A stretch of DNA of 59,671 bases, the filler included, from Diploschistes diacapsis (taxonomy: Eukaryota), in assembly GCA_023645945.1 (NCBI GenBank). It is 6 parts of 6 records of this genome, joined end to end, with 100 filler letters (N's around TTAATTAATTAA, not from the genome) between each part and the next. Parts side by side here need not be neighbours in the genome. Positions count along the whole stretch, not along the records: positions 1 to 9,881 come from JALAIB010000985.1; positions 9,982 to 19,858 come from JALAIB010000986.1; 4 more parts are not named here. One strand, written 5' to 3'. The notes below the pieces were generated by a model, which had not been told where the DNA came from, made no database searches, and saw only the letters and a program-made list of their open reading frames with translations. The position numbers were made by a program, and so were the translations under genes. Below are positions 1-13,500 of this stretch, one piece after another (within the stretch, counting starts at the first letter, position 1; every line of letters starts with the position of its first letter).

Positions 1-1032
1 CCCCCCTCCCAAATTTGTCAATTATAACACATAATCCAACGCTCTACCTCGATATCTGTCACATCGATATCGTCGTTGTTCTGCTTGTTTCCAAGGTCCA
101 TACAGTCCATTGCCCGAAGTATACTACACTCTAAGCCACTATTCTTTGGATCGACTGACAACAAGGAGTTTTCTATCTGCCTTTTAGACGCCGCCGTGAC
201 AATCTTGTTGACGTGCAGCTCCTCAAACTTTATGCACATCGCTCTAGGGCCTCCTTCCAAGCTCCTTGCAATTTCTGGGACCAGGAGCTTTCTGTCGTCG
301 TGCGCCGTCCTCTTAAGTAGGGTCTTCTGAGCCCCTGATAACTCGACTCCGCCTAGGCCTATTTTGTGTTCAGAGCCAGACGTCAAAAGTTTCACTGCGG
401 TCACTCGGTCTTCCTGACAGACAGCATTTTTGCGTTGATAAAAGCGGCTGCATTCATCCGGAATCTTGCCCCAGAAAGGTCAACACCGAAGCTATCTACA
501 TCCTGCCACCACACAACCTACCTTGCTCGTTGTTGCCTCTACTTCATGGCCTGTGCGGCTCTATGATATCCACACAGGCATCATACTGCATCAGCTTAGG
601 AAGCTACCGTACCGGACTACGCACCGTCAAAGCTTCCTCTTCCTATTCCTTCCTTAAGATTATTGACCCTCTTGCTTCTACATAGCTGCATAGTATTTCC
701 GCTCGACGTCGGTTTCAGTCGCAGGCTCTACTTAGCAAACAATCCGGAAAGAAAGCCATTTGCGTTGTATCAATCTACGGCAGGCCGCAGCCATCGGACA
801 CTTCGTGAGAGCAAAACCCCGTCCCCGTCGAGCAATTCCTTGGGCAAAGATCACAGGTTTTCGAACATATTTGCGAAATCCCGAAATATACTCGTTCTCG
901 ACTCTATTTATTCCACCTGAGCTCCCGGAACTCGGAAAGCGTCTTGGGAACGGAGACGACTAAAGCGTTGCCTCTACTCATGAGCATCGTTTCGGTTCTC
1001 TACGATCAAACGAGATACCTCCTGCATCAAAG

Positions 1033-3937
1033 ATGAATAGACCGGAGACTCGACCTCTGCTCCCTCAAACCAACCCGATGTCAAATTTCTCCTTCGCCCC
1101 GCCCAACCTGGGCTTGGGCGACACGAAGAAGAATTATGTTTTTGTTGATGAGCATAACCGGCACAAGAGACTAAAGGTGATGAGGGCTTGTGAGGGCTGT
1201 CGGCGCAGAAAAATCAAATGCGATGCTGCGACTACAAACTCCTGGCCTTGCGCTGCCTGTGTTCGGCTTAAGCTTACTTGTGTTCCTCCTACCGTGAACT
1301 ACAACCGTACTCAGGGGGGCATACCGCAAACCACCGGCTTGGAAAGGGTACTCGACTTTGCAACGGACTCTGGTGACAGCAGTGGCGACGAGGGTTTCAT
1401 GCCTCAACCTATGGTTCGAAACATCTACAATAGTCCTGAGTTGATGTCGGCTCAGCCAGTGTATCCAAGCGGAATGATGTCCTTCCACGGCTCGATTCAC
1501 GGTTCTGTTCATGGCTCAGTCCACGGGTCTGTTCACGGTTCCCCTTATATGGAGAAAGCAGATCCTGTCCACGCACGTTATGACAGCGTCACCTCCGTAC
1601 CCGTTGGGACAAGCGGGCAACCATACCACTCTTTGCCGGCCTACCCACCACATCTGCCGAGCAGTCATGCGGTTCACATTGTGGATAGTACAGCGGAATC
1701 GTGGCCTCATGAACACACGACGGGCTCACACGTAACTGATATACTGGGGGAGCTGAAGATCGACACCAATGCACTCGCTCCCTATATTGTTCAGCAGAAG
1801 AAGAGCCTCGCGGAAGTGCCAGCCCTGGAAGAATTCGAGTATTCTCTACCCCCAGGATCGGTGGGATCAGGTATGGCTGTCAGGATCCCGCCCGAGTTAA
1901 TGCCCGATGAACAACAGGCTATGGAGTACTTTGATATCTTCTTTAGCAATATTCACCCTTACGTTCCCGTTATCAGCAAATCCTACTTCTATCACCAATG
2001 GCAAAATAATCGACAGTTGATATCCCCTCTTCTCTTGGAAGCCATTTTCGCGTGCGCTGGCCGAACATCAAGCGACCCTGTTCAAGGGGCTCAGTGGCTC
2101 GCCCTTGCATCCAAGCACGAGACGTGTTTCATGGATGTTCCCCGATTGAGCACCCTTCAAGCGCTATTGATCCTGCTCAAAGCTCGAGAGACCAATGTGA
2201 AGCGCGGCTATTATTATCGGTCATGGATGACACTGAAGACCATTTGCGCAATGGCTAAAGATCTGGAACTAGAGGAACATCATGCAGCCCATCAAGCCGG
2301 ACGACCTTGCCTCGGTTCTCGGGAATGCCTAGTCAAGAGCCGGATTTGGCAGACTATCTTCATTGCCGAAACAATGGTAGGCGGTGCTCAAGGACGGTAC
2401 GACATGGACGTCGACATGGACACGGTTGACTTTGCAGCCCCAGCAGTGTCTCCGGGAGTCGATGAAGAGGAATATCACGTATCGCGAAACTTCATATATT
2501 TCGCTAGAGTTATACGCAACGCCAGGTCTGCCATCGACGTTTATCGGCAAATTAGAAAAGAGAGAGACTGGCACACACATCCGCTCTTAACTTCATTGAA
2601 CCCAACCTTCCCTCGATGGCTTGAGGAGCTGCCTGCCGACATGCAAATTCACTACCCACCAGACGGCTCGTCTCCTTACCTCCCGAGTCACTACGTGGGA
2701 AACTTGCACTGCTACTACCATCTCAGCATCTTGGTTCTTCATCGGCCACAACTATCTTCGTCCGATTTCTCGCTCGATGCTTCCTGGAAGCAGCATTTGT
2801 CAATATGCTATCAATCTGCCAAATACCTCTGCCGCATACAAGAGGCTCTATTTAATACGTTCGGAATTGATGGGTTGGTCTTCATGCAGAGAGGTAAGGC
2901 CGGGCTTGAGCACGTATCGACTTAGTTGACCCTCGCAGGCATTAATTTTCATATCTACTGCATCCTCACATGCGTGCTACTTCACTTGGTAAGCTTATCG
3001 TGATGGCCTTTAGTTTTCTTAACTGACCTTTCAGGCTGCTATAACCTCCCCAGATCCGGAGTTGAACGCCGACGCCAAAGACTACCTGACCAGGCATATG
3101 CGGCTCTTGGAATGTTGCTCGCCTGCGTGGCCGGCAAAAGAGCTTCAGGCTCAGATCCTGTCGCTTCGTCAAGCATTCTCGGCAGACATCAGCAAGCCGT
3201 TCGAGCTCAAAGCAAGCTTCCCTTATGGCAGCCCAGGCCCACAGCTCTGCCGCACCCCTCCTCCTGCTGAAATAGGTTATGAAAGGCCTCAGATTACGTC
3301 CCACCCTTCGCAAGACCATACACAGTTCCATGCTACACCAATCTCACCACCTATTTCCACGGGACACGACGATTCCAAGGACGGATCTATGGCTGCTACA
3401 TCTTTAACGATGCTGGCGGCTGGCCGATCCCCATCGATGCCTGGAAATCAGATGGGTAACGACGGCGGTTCCTGGAACCCAACGCGGTTATTTGAGTATG
3501 CAAGCAAATCTTTTACAAACGATAGCTTTGTGGGAAGAAAGAATGCTAATATCCCGCGAAGTCAGTGGACCACCGCCTTTGGCACTTCTCCCCCGAGCAC
3601 CATTTCACTGACTACGGGAAATGTCCCCCAACCGCCTTACAGTCCAACCGCCTCCACCGTCTCTCATGATCTCTCGCATGTTGCCGATCAGCTACAACAA
3701 CAACAACAGCAATATTCTGTTACGTCCAACATGAGTCCGGCACCGCAAATTCAAGCTCAGCGAAACGTCTATTCGCCCCCTACGTCCAACCCAAGTTCCT
3801 ACGTTACACCGACCATGTGGCAAGACACAGTTGCAAACACTTACGTCTCAAATGACTTGAAGCGAAGGTGGGACGGTATCGGAGGCCCTGCTTGGGTCGG
3901 TGCCCATGACCAGCAACAGGTGAAGCGCCCTCGTTGA
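1033..3937 (+). CDS. Zn(II)2Cys6 transcription factor with fungal-specific TF middle-homology domain
   Basis: CEGCRRRKIKCDAATTNSWPCAACVRLKLTC binuclear cluster; FFSNIHPYVPVI..LLLEAIFACA middle domain. GT-AG introns 2894-2938, 2989-3034 and 3496-3561 join the ORFs 1033..2925 and 3062..3937 in frame. Confidence 0.93.
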
Positions 3938-6900
3938 AGCTTCTTTCTTCCCCTTTCGCCATTTTACTGGGGCGAGCTGATCTCCGTTCGTTTCCTGTCG
4001 GGGGATTGTGGGCTTTTTGATTAGCGTCAAAAGCTTCTCGCTCGATCCTGACACGTTCTAATGTGTTTTACTCGAAATTGCAGCACTTCTGCTCAATTGG
4101 CGACACTTGACAATCCATGTTTGGCAAAAGCTGACTAGTATCCACACTCTAGATGGTTCGCATCTGACAGGGTCAAAGTTCACCGCCCGTTCGTGCAATG
4201 GACAATCACAGTCCGACCACCATTGAGTCGACCCGTGCCGTGCCGCTTATGGCAAGCAGAGTGGATCTATGAAGCACAAAAGACCTTGTCACCTGCCACC
4301 TGTGCGATCCGATTCCCGCTGGGAAGTATATAACGAAGAAAAGTACACCACCTCTCTATTATTGTTACCTGCCATATTCCTAGAGAGAAACGCGTGAGAG
4401 ATCACGAGGAACATATGCAGCCCGATGTTTGAGGGATGATCCAGCGACTTGTGCGGTAACTTGCGCGACCGTGCATTAGGAGGGTACCCTGGTCGATTAT
4501 CAACAAACACTGGCTTTGCTTAAAACGAAACGAGGGCATGATTGGATGCTAGTGATGAATGATGTTCGCGCTCTGGAGATACAACTTGATGCTTACGAGA
4601 TGTTGCTCCTTTCACTTCATTGCACATAAGTTCACTCGGTATTTTGGCGCTATTTTATGATACACATGTTAAGCTTTGCGTTATCTGACTTTCTGAATGA
4701 ACCAAAACTCTAAGATTATGCGTCTGTGTATTCTGCTTCTCGGGATGCCATCTTCAACGATACCTATTCTTTTTTTTTCTCTTAGATTCTATAGGCTAGC
4801 TGATATTGTTTGTATCTTATTGCCTCGACATCATGCATTTTGCATGGATCTGAGGACCTCCTGCCTTCCAGGTTTTGTGTCTTTTTCGTTCGCACTACAT
4901 AGTGTAAATGGTTCATGCTCGTTGGCGCTTCTGATCTAGTGTGGCTAGTAGTATGAAATTCTAGTATAAACAAGGGATACCCTGGGTTTATGAGAACATT
5001 GCACGGGTTTTAGCAGGCCAACATATTTTAGCGCTGCTAAGAGCAAAGCGGTTGTGTTTTCTTCTCACTATTTGAATAGTGAATTAGTAGCTTCGAAAGG
5101 GGTTGAGCATACATGAACGGTCGGAGAGCATCTGCAACCAAGGACTTCCCATATTCATGCAAACCCAAACCGCACTGGCCCGCGCAGGCTTGGCTGCAGT
5201 ATTGCTGGCTAGTATACTCGCAGTTTCTCGCGCCCCTGCTTGAGTCATTCTTCGCGAGATGATAAATCATAGGAACGGGAGTCTTCGACACTTTGACGAC
5301 TCCTGCTATCTGGCTAATGCAGCTTTAAGCTATTAGTTTATTTCTTGGAGCACTGTCAACTGATCATTTGCAAGCGCTAAATATGGGCCAAGTGCGGTTG
5401 TCACCATGGCTTGATATATAGCACAGTACTCCACGCGGTCTGCGTGTAGCAAACTCCTGCAGGCGACTTTTCTGGCCGCAGTAGCCTTTTCTGGGCCAAT
5501 CTCGGCATAAAGGAGAGCTGGACGAGCTGGAACTCTGGCTAGAGCCGGCTTTCGAGGTTGCGTCCGCAATCACCACGGCCCTCACTCGGCTTGGAACTTG
5601 TCCCCTTCACAGATTAGGTCTTCCTGCTCCCAAATCACCAACCTCATGACTTTAGGCCAAACTCACCATGGTTGGGCCAAAAAGTCATAGGGCGACTCCA
5701 CCATGGCTCGTCTCGGTTCATTCGTCGAACTATCGCCTGTAACTCTAAAGCATCTACCAGCCACCGAACACCTTTCGTTTCCTCGACTTCCCCACACAGA
5801 ACGTACATTAGACTACCACGATCATGTGTGGATCAGCAGTGACAAAGTCACTTTTTACTTCCGCATTTTTTTCCTACACAACGCCAAACGTTTGCGTGCG
5901 TCTGAAGCCGAGGTGGTCGGTTCGGTATATTTAACAAATGGACTCATGAGCCGCCACTGGGATCGTTTCGTATGAAATCTCCCCGAGTAGTCTCATGTGA
6001 TGGTGCCAGAATGTCCAGAACAGCTTTATCGAAGGTCAGGCTCAAGGCCAAGCAAAAAGTCAAGTCCGTGCCATGCGCCTTGCATGAGGACCAGGCGCAG
6101 CAATTCAACACATTGGAGTGCATGGAGCTACTTCCCAGCTCCATATTCTAGGATACAAACCCAGCAGCGTGGACAATAACGGGAGTGAAACAGTGTAGTT
6201 TCTCCCCAGGTCCCTGGGCGGTGAAGCAAACCATTGCTGCAGTGGGCTCGCTCCACTCTTCTGACACATAATCCAAAGCCTTAAAATCTTATTTGTGTTT
6301 GCTGGCTGCTCTTTCCCCAGAAATTACGTAGGAGAACCCCACAGCAAGAGAGAACATGGTGGGCTGGTACTCTCTACGCTACGAGAACACGCAGTGGTTT
6401 GACAACTCATCATCAATCCCCAGGTATCCCACACGGCCAGACACCCCTGTGCGAATCTTACTCCAAAAGTGCGCCTAGAGTTATCAGGAAATAGCGCTAG
6501 CGAGCTTGTGGAGCCCAGCCAGCCAGCCAGTGCCCGCTCTTAGATACCTCCAGGTACAGACTACCAACTAAGTCGATGCTACCACATCTTCCTGCTGATT
6601 GGCAGCGACTAAAACGGACCCGAGCCCTTGAGGGAGAGGTAAATGGAAGAGGAAGGAGGTCGCAGTGTTTAAGGCAACGCTGTGACGGACCTCCACATCG
6701 ATTCATTGCTCAGCCACTTGGAGGTAGACTACACGTAGGTACAACTACCGGCCTGCCAGGTGCGTGCGTACCTCATGTTCATGGGATGCATCATTTAACA
6801 TAATACAGCGGCACGGTTCCACTGACTAAGGCTGATATACCACCAACCTTGGGATCCAACTTTTGAGTTTCGAGGGAGCGGCAGGCCCATTTATTCCCCT

Positions 6901-9881
6901 CAAGGTTCGATTCCCTTTCGCATTCCTTGGTGTACGAGATGGACCGTGTCCCACCCTATACTGTTCACCTCAGTATTTTTGTACCTCGCAAGTACTGTAC
7001 TTCCTCTTCCGGGTCAACAACAGCAGCAGCAGCAGCAGTAGAGGAGGTTCGGGCGACCAATAGGTGCAACCCTACCTTTCAAGAGCTTACCGCTCTCTCT
7101 TTCCCATTGTATTCGTAGCTGCAGGATTGACAGCAGAGTTAAGAGGGTAACCGTCGCGCAGAAAACAGCAGTGTCTCAACTCGGCTATGAATCGCCTCGT
7201 TCCTTGCATGAGGACTTTGTGCACAAATACCGGACGAGCATTGATTTTCCTGTCTGTCTTTAACCGATATCTCGAAGGAAGGGAAGCACAGGTTTCGATC
7301 AAACGTGGCGGTCCTACTTACCTGCCCCGTAACTGTTTCGCCAGGCGCCGGGCACCAGCCACCCACGCCATTGCTCCTGCGTTCACAGCTACCTTCCATC
7401 GATGATCGTGGCCTTTGCACCTCTACTTCTTCACCTGGCGGTGGCATAGCCTAGTGGCTCTGCGTTGCTCCACTAAATGCAGTAACTGTACACGGAAAAG
7501 GAAGGCCGAGATGCAGCCCCGAGTACTCCTGGATACCTCCACCACCGTTTGTCTTGCATGTGCGCAGGGTACTTCGAATTCACCCCAAACAGAAGGTCAT
7601 CATGATGCAGGCCATTGAAGGTACCTACTCAGTACGCCAAGACCCTTTAACGAGTGATGTTCGCACCCTATCACCAAGCTCTGAATGATAGCTCCTCAAG
7701 CATCAGCAGCAGTACTATCAAACCACATGATTGCACCATCTTGTACGAGCTTCAGATTATGCAGGAAATCCTCTCTAGATACACCATACGGTATTTGCAA
7801 AGTACCTCTTGTTCAGGCGGCATGCCAACCTCATAGCTACCTCCAAAACCACTGCTCTGAGCGCTCCATTATATCTTGATGATATCCCCTTGTACCGGCC
7901 TTAAGGATGGGAGTAGTCACTAAGAGTCTAAAGATGATTCTGTAAGGCAGGGCAAGGTACGGCGAGAGGAGGCGAGGTGAGTGCGACTCTCATATTTCTA
8001 GCGCATATTGCTCCTCCGTCTTATCAATCTTCTGATGTATACGAAACGTAGAATACTTCTCAAGCTTGTTATTTCCGCAAATCACACAGTTTCCCCATAC
8101 AAGCTCATTTACTTCCCTTTCGCGAGACTGCCTGCCCACGCACAAGGGGGAACGGGGTTAAACCATTTTGTACGAGGGCGAGGACCCTTCCATCTACGAT
8201 ATGCCTCCTATCGGTCTTGCAGTACAACTACATGTCCAGATAAGGGGGGGGGGGGGGTTCCCTTGCGAGTTTACGGGCCATTTTGTGAGGCATGTGATGT
8301 ACAATTACCCAAGCTTCGGAAATTCGTCCATTTAGCTTTCTACTGTCTTTCCTTCCCAAACCCGCCCTGTTCGCTATTAGCGCTTAGACCCGGATTATGT
8401 CTCAGCCTGTCGTTTCTGCGATCTATTGAAGGTACCATTATGCGAGGTGGTATTTCATCTCTGCTCGACGCCGAAATTTCCGCAGCGGGACAGACTAGAT
8501 GCGTATGAGAATGAGTTTTCCTTCATCCGTCATGTTCTCTTCTATCGGTCTCACAAAAAGGGGGCATAGCTGTGGACATTTCCGACAAGTCCAGAGGCCT
8601 CCTCTGAGGCGGAATGTGGGAAGGTAAGCCAATGATTCGTAGCCGGTCGACGCATGCGGCGCTTGTCCATCTCCCTTTCTACGAACACTTCCAATTACGG
8701 AGTATTACAAGGAGGAGTCTTGTATTCCCTCTTCACGAAGACGCGGAGAATATGGAATGGACTTGTCTGGGATGACTAGCGTCTGCGAGGACGGGGCGGG
8801 AACTCTCCACCGGGTGTGGGTTTGCTCTACAGATACAGATGCACTATCTCGCTCTGTTGAATTTGTTCCTTCCTTCGTTCTCTTCGAGTCTGCATGAATG
8901 TTGGCGAGCAACGCTACACTTCTTATTACCAGGGTGTAAGGATCGAGCTATTGAGTATATATCTATCTCATTTTGTATCTTGATGATCACTGCGTTCAGA
9001 AGGGCATGCCATTTCCCATTCAGCTTACACACCGTCCTCTTCGACTCCCCGAGCGCCAACGCCCTCTCGACTCCGGGCCAAGAGCGTGCGGGTGCGGAAA
9101 CACGTATAAGACACAGACGAGGTGCCCCAGGCCAGCATCAATTCAAAATGTCTCGGGCCACACGTCCCGTTCTGATGACCTGCTCTCCTACACTTTTCGC
9201 TCCCATCCCCAAATAAAATACCATCGTTCGTTGCATCGAGATGCATGCTTCTGCTTTTGAGCTTACTCGATCGACCTCATTGAACCGTGAGCACCCTACC
9301 CGCATCGTTTGGCTTTCGATCCAGTTGTTTGGAGAACTTGTCTGCCCAGGCTATTTGCTGCCTGTCATACACGGACTTTTGCTCCCTCTCCCTCTCCCCA
9401 CCCTCTCTCTCTCTGTGTGCTACCCACCTCTCGAAACATTCAAGATTTCGCCCCATCAGGGAATACATGCCACTTGTACCTGTTCCCATCCCATAACATC
9501 GCCAAGCGTCCGACTTCTCGCATTCCTCGCCAAGCTCATCCAGCAGTTCTGCGCAGACTTGTTTATCGGATTTTGTATGTGCAGAGTACGTGACATTTAA
9601 CTCGGCCCGTATCGGCCCCAGCCAGCCAGCCAGCCAGCCAGTCCCGGCCTCCACGGGCTTTTTCCATTCACTTCAGTAAGGGACCCCCCCCTATGATCCT
9701 TTACCTTCTCTCCCTGCATTAATCCTACGTCGCCCGCGGCGTGATCCCGCATCCCTCGACGACGGCCGATAACAACGACCGAGGAACCACGCCCCGCTCC
9801 GTCTCCGATCCCTCCCTCATTCTCTCTCCCACCTCACACTTCGCCCACCTTGGAGTATTTGGAATCCGCGGGGTGCCGCCC

Positions 9882-9981
9882 NNNNNNNNNNNNNNNNNNN
9901 NNNNNNNNNNNNNNNNNNNNNNNNNTTAATTAATTAANNNNNNNNNNNNNNNNNNNNNNNNNNNNNNNNNNNNNNNNNNNN
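9882..9981. other. Artificial contig spacer N44-TTAATTAATTAA-N44
   Basis: Exactly 100 bp with a six-frame stop linker at 9926-9937. Confidence 0.98.
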
Positions 9982-10549
9982 TTTATAATATTCTTATTTT
10001 AATATATTATTTCATCAATGTAAAGGATATTATTAGGCCGTATTAAAGAATTGAATTATTTATCTCTATATATTCAAACCTTACTTGTTATATGCAGAAA
10101 TAGACCATGGAATTGTAAGAAATGTTCGCTCTTTCCCAGGCTGATAAGTCTTTATTCAGCCAAGCGTCCTTGAATGTCCACGCCGATTGTGAGTGTAAAC
10201 CACATGATATCTTGTCAATTGAGTGAATTCTGTATCTTTTCGTCATGGTGTGTACAACGGACGAGAGTTGCGGGTTCTAGTATTGGTTAAGGAAGGTTCG
10301 GGTGAGCTGATTGGCACCAAAGTCACTTACTTGAGCTCTCAATGACCGGGGCATGTCTGATCTCGACTGTCTTTCGTCCTGCTATGGATCTCTTCCAGAC
10401 TGCGGTGGATCTTGTAGGATGCCCATATCTGTATCTATAACTAATACATTCGCGGTCTCTTGTTGCATTTCAAACGGTTAAGTCCCGAATTGCACCCCCT
10501 CCCGTTCTAGTGCCCGAACGGTGACAGTCGGTTTTTTGGAAGGGCAGGC

Positions 10550-13500
10550 TTACACACGACGATAATTGCGTCCAGGAGAATCGAAAGTGGTGGTATTACC
10601 AGGCGATATCATACTATCGAGGCTAGTAGTTGAAGAGCTAGTACGAATGGTCTGTGAGCCCCAACCAGCTATGAAGGCGGAGGATGATGGAACCATCTGA
10701 CGCTCTCGGCCAGGGGCATCATCAGAAGCCGTTGTCGAACTTCGAACAAATGAGTTGAGATTATCCGTATTGGAGAGGAGAGACAATGACGTCGCGGCTT
10801 CTCGCGGTCGACTCTGCTGGTGCTTTGTGGGACGATGATGTTGGAATTTGTTCCCAATGATGGCTCCGGTGTGAGAAATCAGCGCCTTAACTACATCCTT
10901 TTTCAAACGTAGAGCAAGGTCCAGGTTAGACCAAGTTTTGTTCCTGTATTCCAAAGTGGGCATGCGGAAGACGAAGTTATGCACGTCTTCTATATTGCGT
11001 TCCGCGCGGCCCTTGTAGCTCAAACATAACACGACGCTTGGAACTTTGGCGTAGGCAAGCGTCATGTAGTTCGAGGCTCTGGACATCATTTCAGTTATGT
11101 CATCCGGTGGATGCAGCTTCTCCTTGTTCAATCCGCTGTTTGTACGTTGAGGATTCAATTTCCTAGAGGGTTCCGAACTGGAGGTTGCGATAGAAACATT
11201 CGCAGAAGAAGCCTCGTGTGGGGGCCTGTCCCATGCAAGTAAGTTGCTGTTTGACCTCTTCCGACTATTTGGTAGACTTATCGATGAGTGGGGTCCAAGT
11301 GATACGGTTGATACCGCTGCACTTTGTGTAAATCTATCCTGCGAGCTTCCTGCTGTTATGAGACTGGAATACGATTGCTTTGCTTTGATCGAACCTGAAT
11401 TCGTCGGAACCGGCGGTGAGGGGAGAGTGATTGTTGGCCTGAGCCTCAGCTCTAAGGAACCAGCCCTTGTAGAAGTTCGCGGTTTATCGAAATCTGCTTT
11501 ATGCGGAATATCCAAGAATCTCGTGTCATCTTCGTCACGATCATCCTCATTATCAGAGTCATTACTAGCTTGCAATGGTAAGGTCTGTTCAAGTAAAAAT
11601 GGCGATACGTCATTGGGGGTCCCATTTCCTGGAAAAATATACTCAAAGAGTTTTTTTCCGACCTCTCTTTCGAGCTGGACTCGGAGCGGAAAGAGGTTCA
11701 CCTCAAACTGATCCAGAATTGGGATACCTGCGATGGCCTCAAGCATTACCCAATGTACCCTAAACATCTTCATACTCTGTTGTTTCTCAGTCTCGCTTAT
11801 ACTCGATTCAAAATAAGGGGCAATCATTTCGGGATAAGAGGCATCTGGAAGTAAGTTAAGACCGTGAATTCGCTCGATCTCCATATCATTATGATTTGAA
11901 CCATCGCTGTTATCCGTTCGATGGTAGGATGCATGCTGCAGCCGAATCTCCACAAGAGGCTCATCATTTTCACGCATCAAGTGCCAGACGATCTCAGATG
12001 CCGAGAGGTTCCAGCGTAATAGTCCATTGCTTTGTGAATCAGGCGTGCGATCGTCGTACTTCCTTTGAGATGTTGTTATGGCCTTCATGATGAAGAAAAG
12101 CTCGTCTTCGCAGCTTGTCAGATCACGCTCTATAGCTAGGCGATCTTGCCAACCATGCCTGTCAAGGTGCTTCGCGTGTAATTGGAAATGTGATTTGATT
12201 TCCTCCAATTGCCGGACTCTGTCTTGTAGACTCGTGACCATCCCGGGTGCTCCAGAAAGATCACTGAAGTCTGCAGCAAGCATAATCTTCTCCAGTCTCT
12301 CAGTCCTGGTTTTCTCCAGTGGTTCGCTGTAAAAAAGCAAGTCTAAAACAATCACGTACATAGCATAGTATTGTGTCGAATCACATATTGCCCTTATGTG
12401 AGGGAATTCTACCCAGAGATGGTCAATGCGGCTTTCAATGTCTTCGGCAACGGATGACCGCTGGGGATCACTTTTGTTAACCTCGTCGTTGTACTTCAAG
12501 CGCAAAGTGTTGTATTTATCGTATCGGAGACTAGCTGAAGTTTTCTGAACGACACGGGACCAGCCAATAGGGTTCAGCCGGAAATCAAAATTCACCTCCA
12601 CTGGAGCCCAAGGAGGCCACGCCGAGTTTTTCGGAGAACCATAACGCTCAGCGGAGTGGAGATGAAGAAATTTATTGATTGTCTTCCGGTTGGTGACGAA
12701 GAATTGTATACCATCCATATCAACAGAGAAACGGCGTTGCACGAGCCCACTAACGTCATCCGCCAGTCGACTTCTATCCATGATTTGAACTATCTTAAGC
12801 TGCATTTCTCGGCCGGTAACCAACAGTACAGATCTTGAGTTCTTATCACTCTGGAGCTGGATCTGCGGGGCTATTAATCGCACATGGTAACTGTTGTGGG
12901 CTGTATATTCTTCCGAAAGATCTTCTTTGATAACCCCGGAACCTTGTCTTGAGGATGCGTACGGTTTTGGATCATCCGCAGCAACCAAGTTCTTCCCGTC
13001 GTTCAGAAGTTCTTGTATACGTTCCTCTAAGCCTACATCCTCTGTCTGGTCCTTGAAAGAAGCAGACGATGAGGACTCGGCAGTCGTGGTTTGACCGGGC
13101 GCATATGTGTAAGCCTTATTCTTGTGTCTCTGCTGCTCCTCGACAATATCCAGAATGAACCTTACTGCGCGCCGAGACATATAATACACGAACCCTCTTC
13201 TTTGACTCACCTGGTGTACATAGCGCAGTATGATATTCCGCAGAGAATTGTTCCATTTTAGGTGTATATTATGAATTATGAAGCAGTTGTTGAAGTCATT
13301 GGCAAGGCTAAGTGGTTGCAGTGCATTGGGGAGGTCATCGAACTCTGATGTCTGTACTGTTGGACCTACATCGGGGGTGCTAGAACCTGTTGACAAAGAG
13401 CCCCTACAGTTCCAGGTGGATTGAAGGTGTTGTAGAATTCGTTTGAGTATTGACTGCATAAAGGATATTTTCTGGCCGATCATTTCTCTCTGCTCCTGTA

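Noticed and set aside
18..404. 128-aa minus-strand ORF
   Set aside because: Non-ATG start, no recognisable motif, lies antisense to the likely 5' leader of the transcription factor.
4550..4690. TGATGA..CTGA as a box C/D snoRNA
   Set aside because: No clear rRNA-complementary guide; more likely the transcription factor's 3' UTR.
5364..5585. LCRDWPRKGYC resembling a CCCH zinc finger
   Set aside because: Third Cys and His are missing, GTG start, no supporting splice structure.
9926..9937. Recurrent TTAATTAATTAA palindrome about every 10 kb
   Set aside because: Assembly linker inside N runs, not biological.
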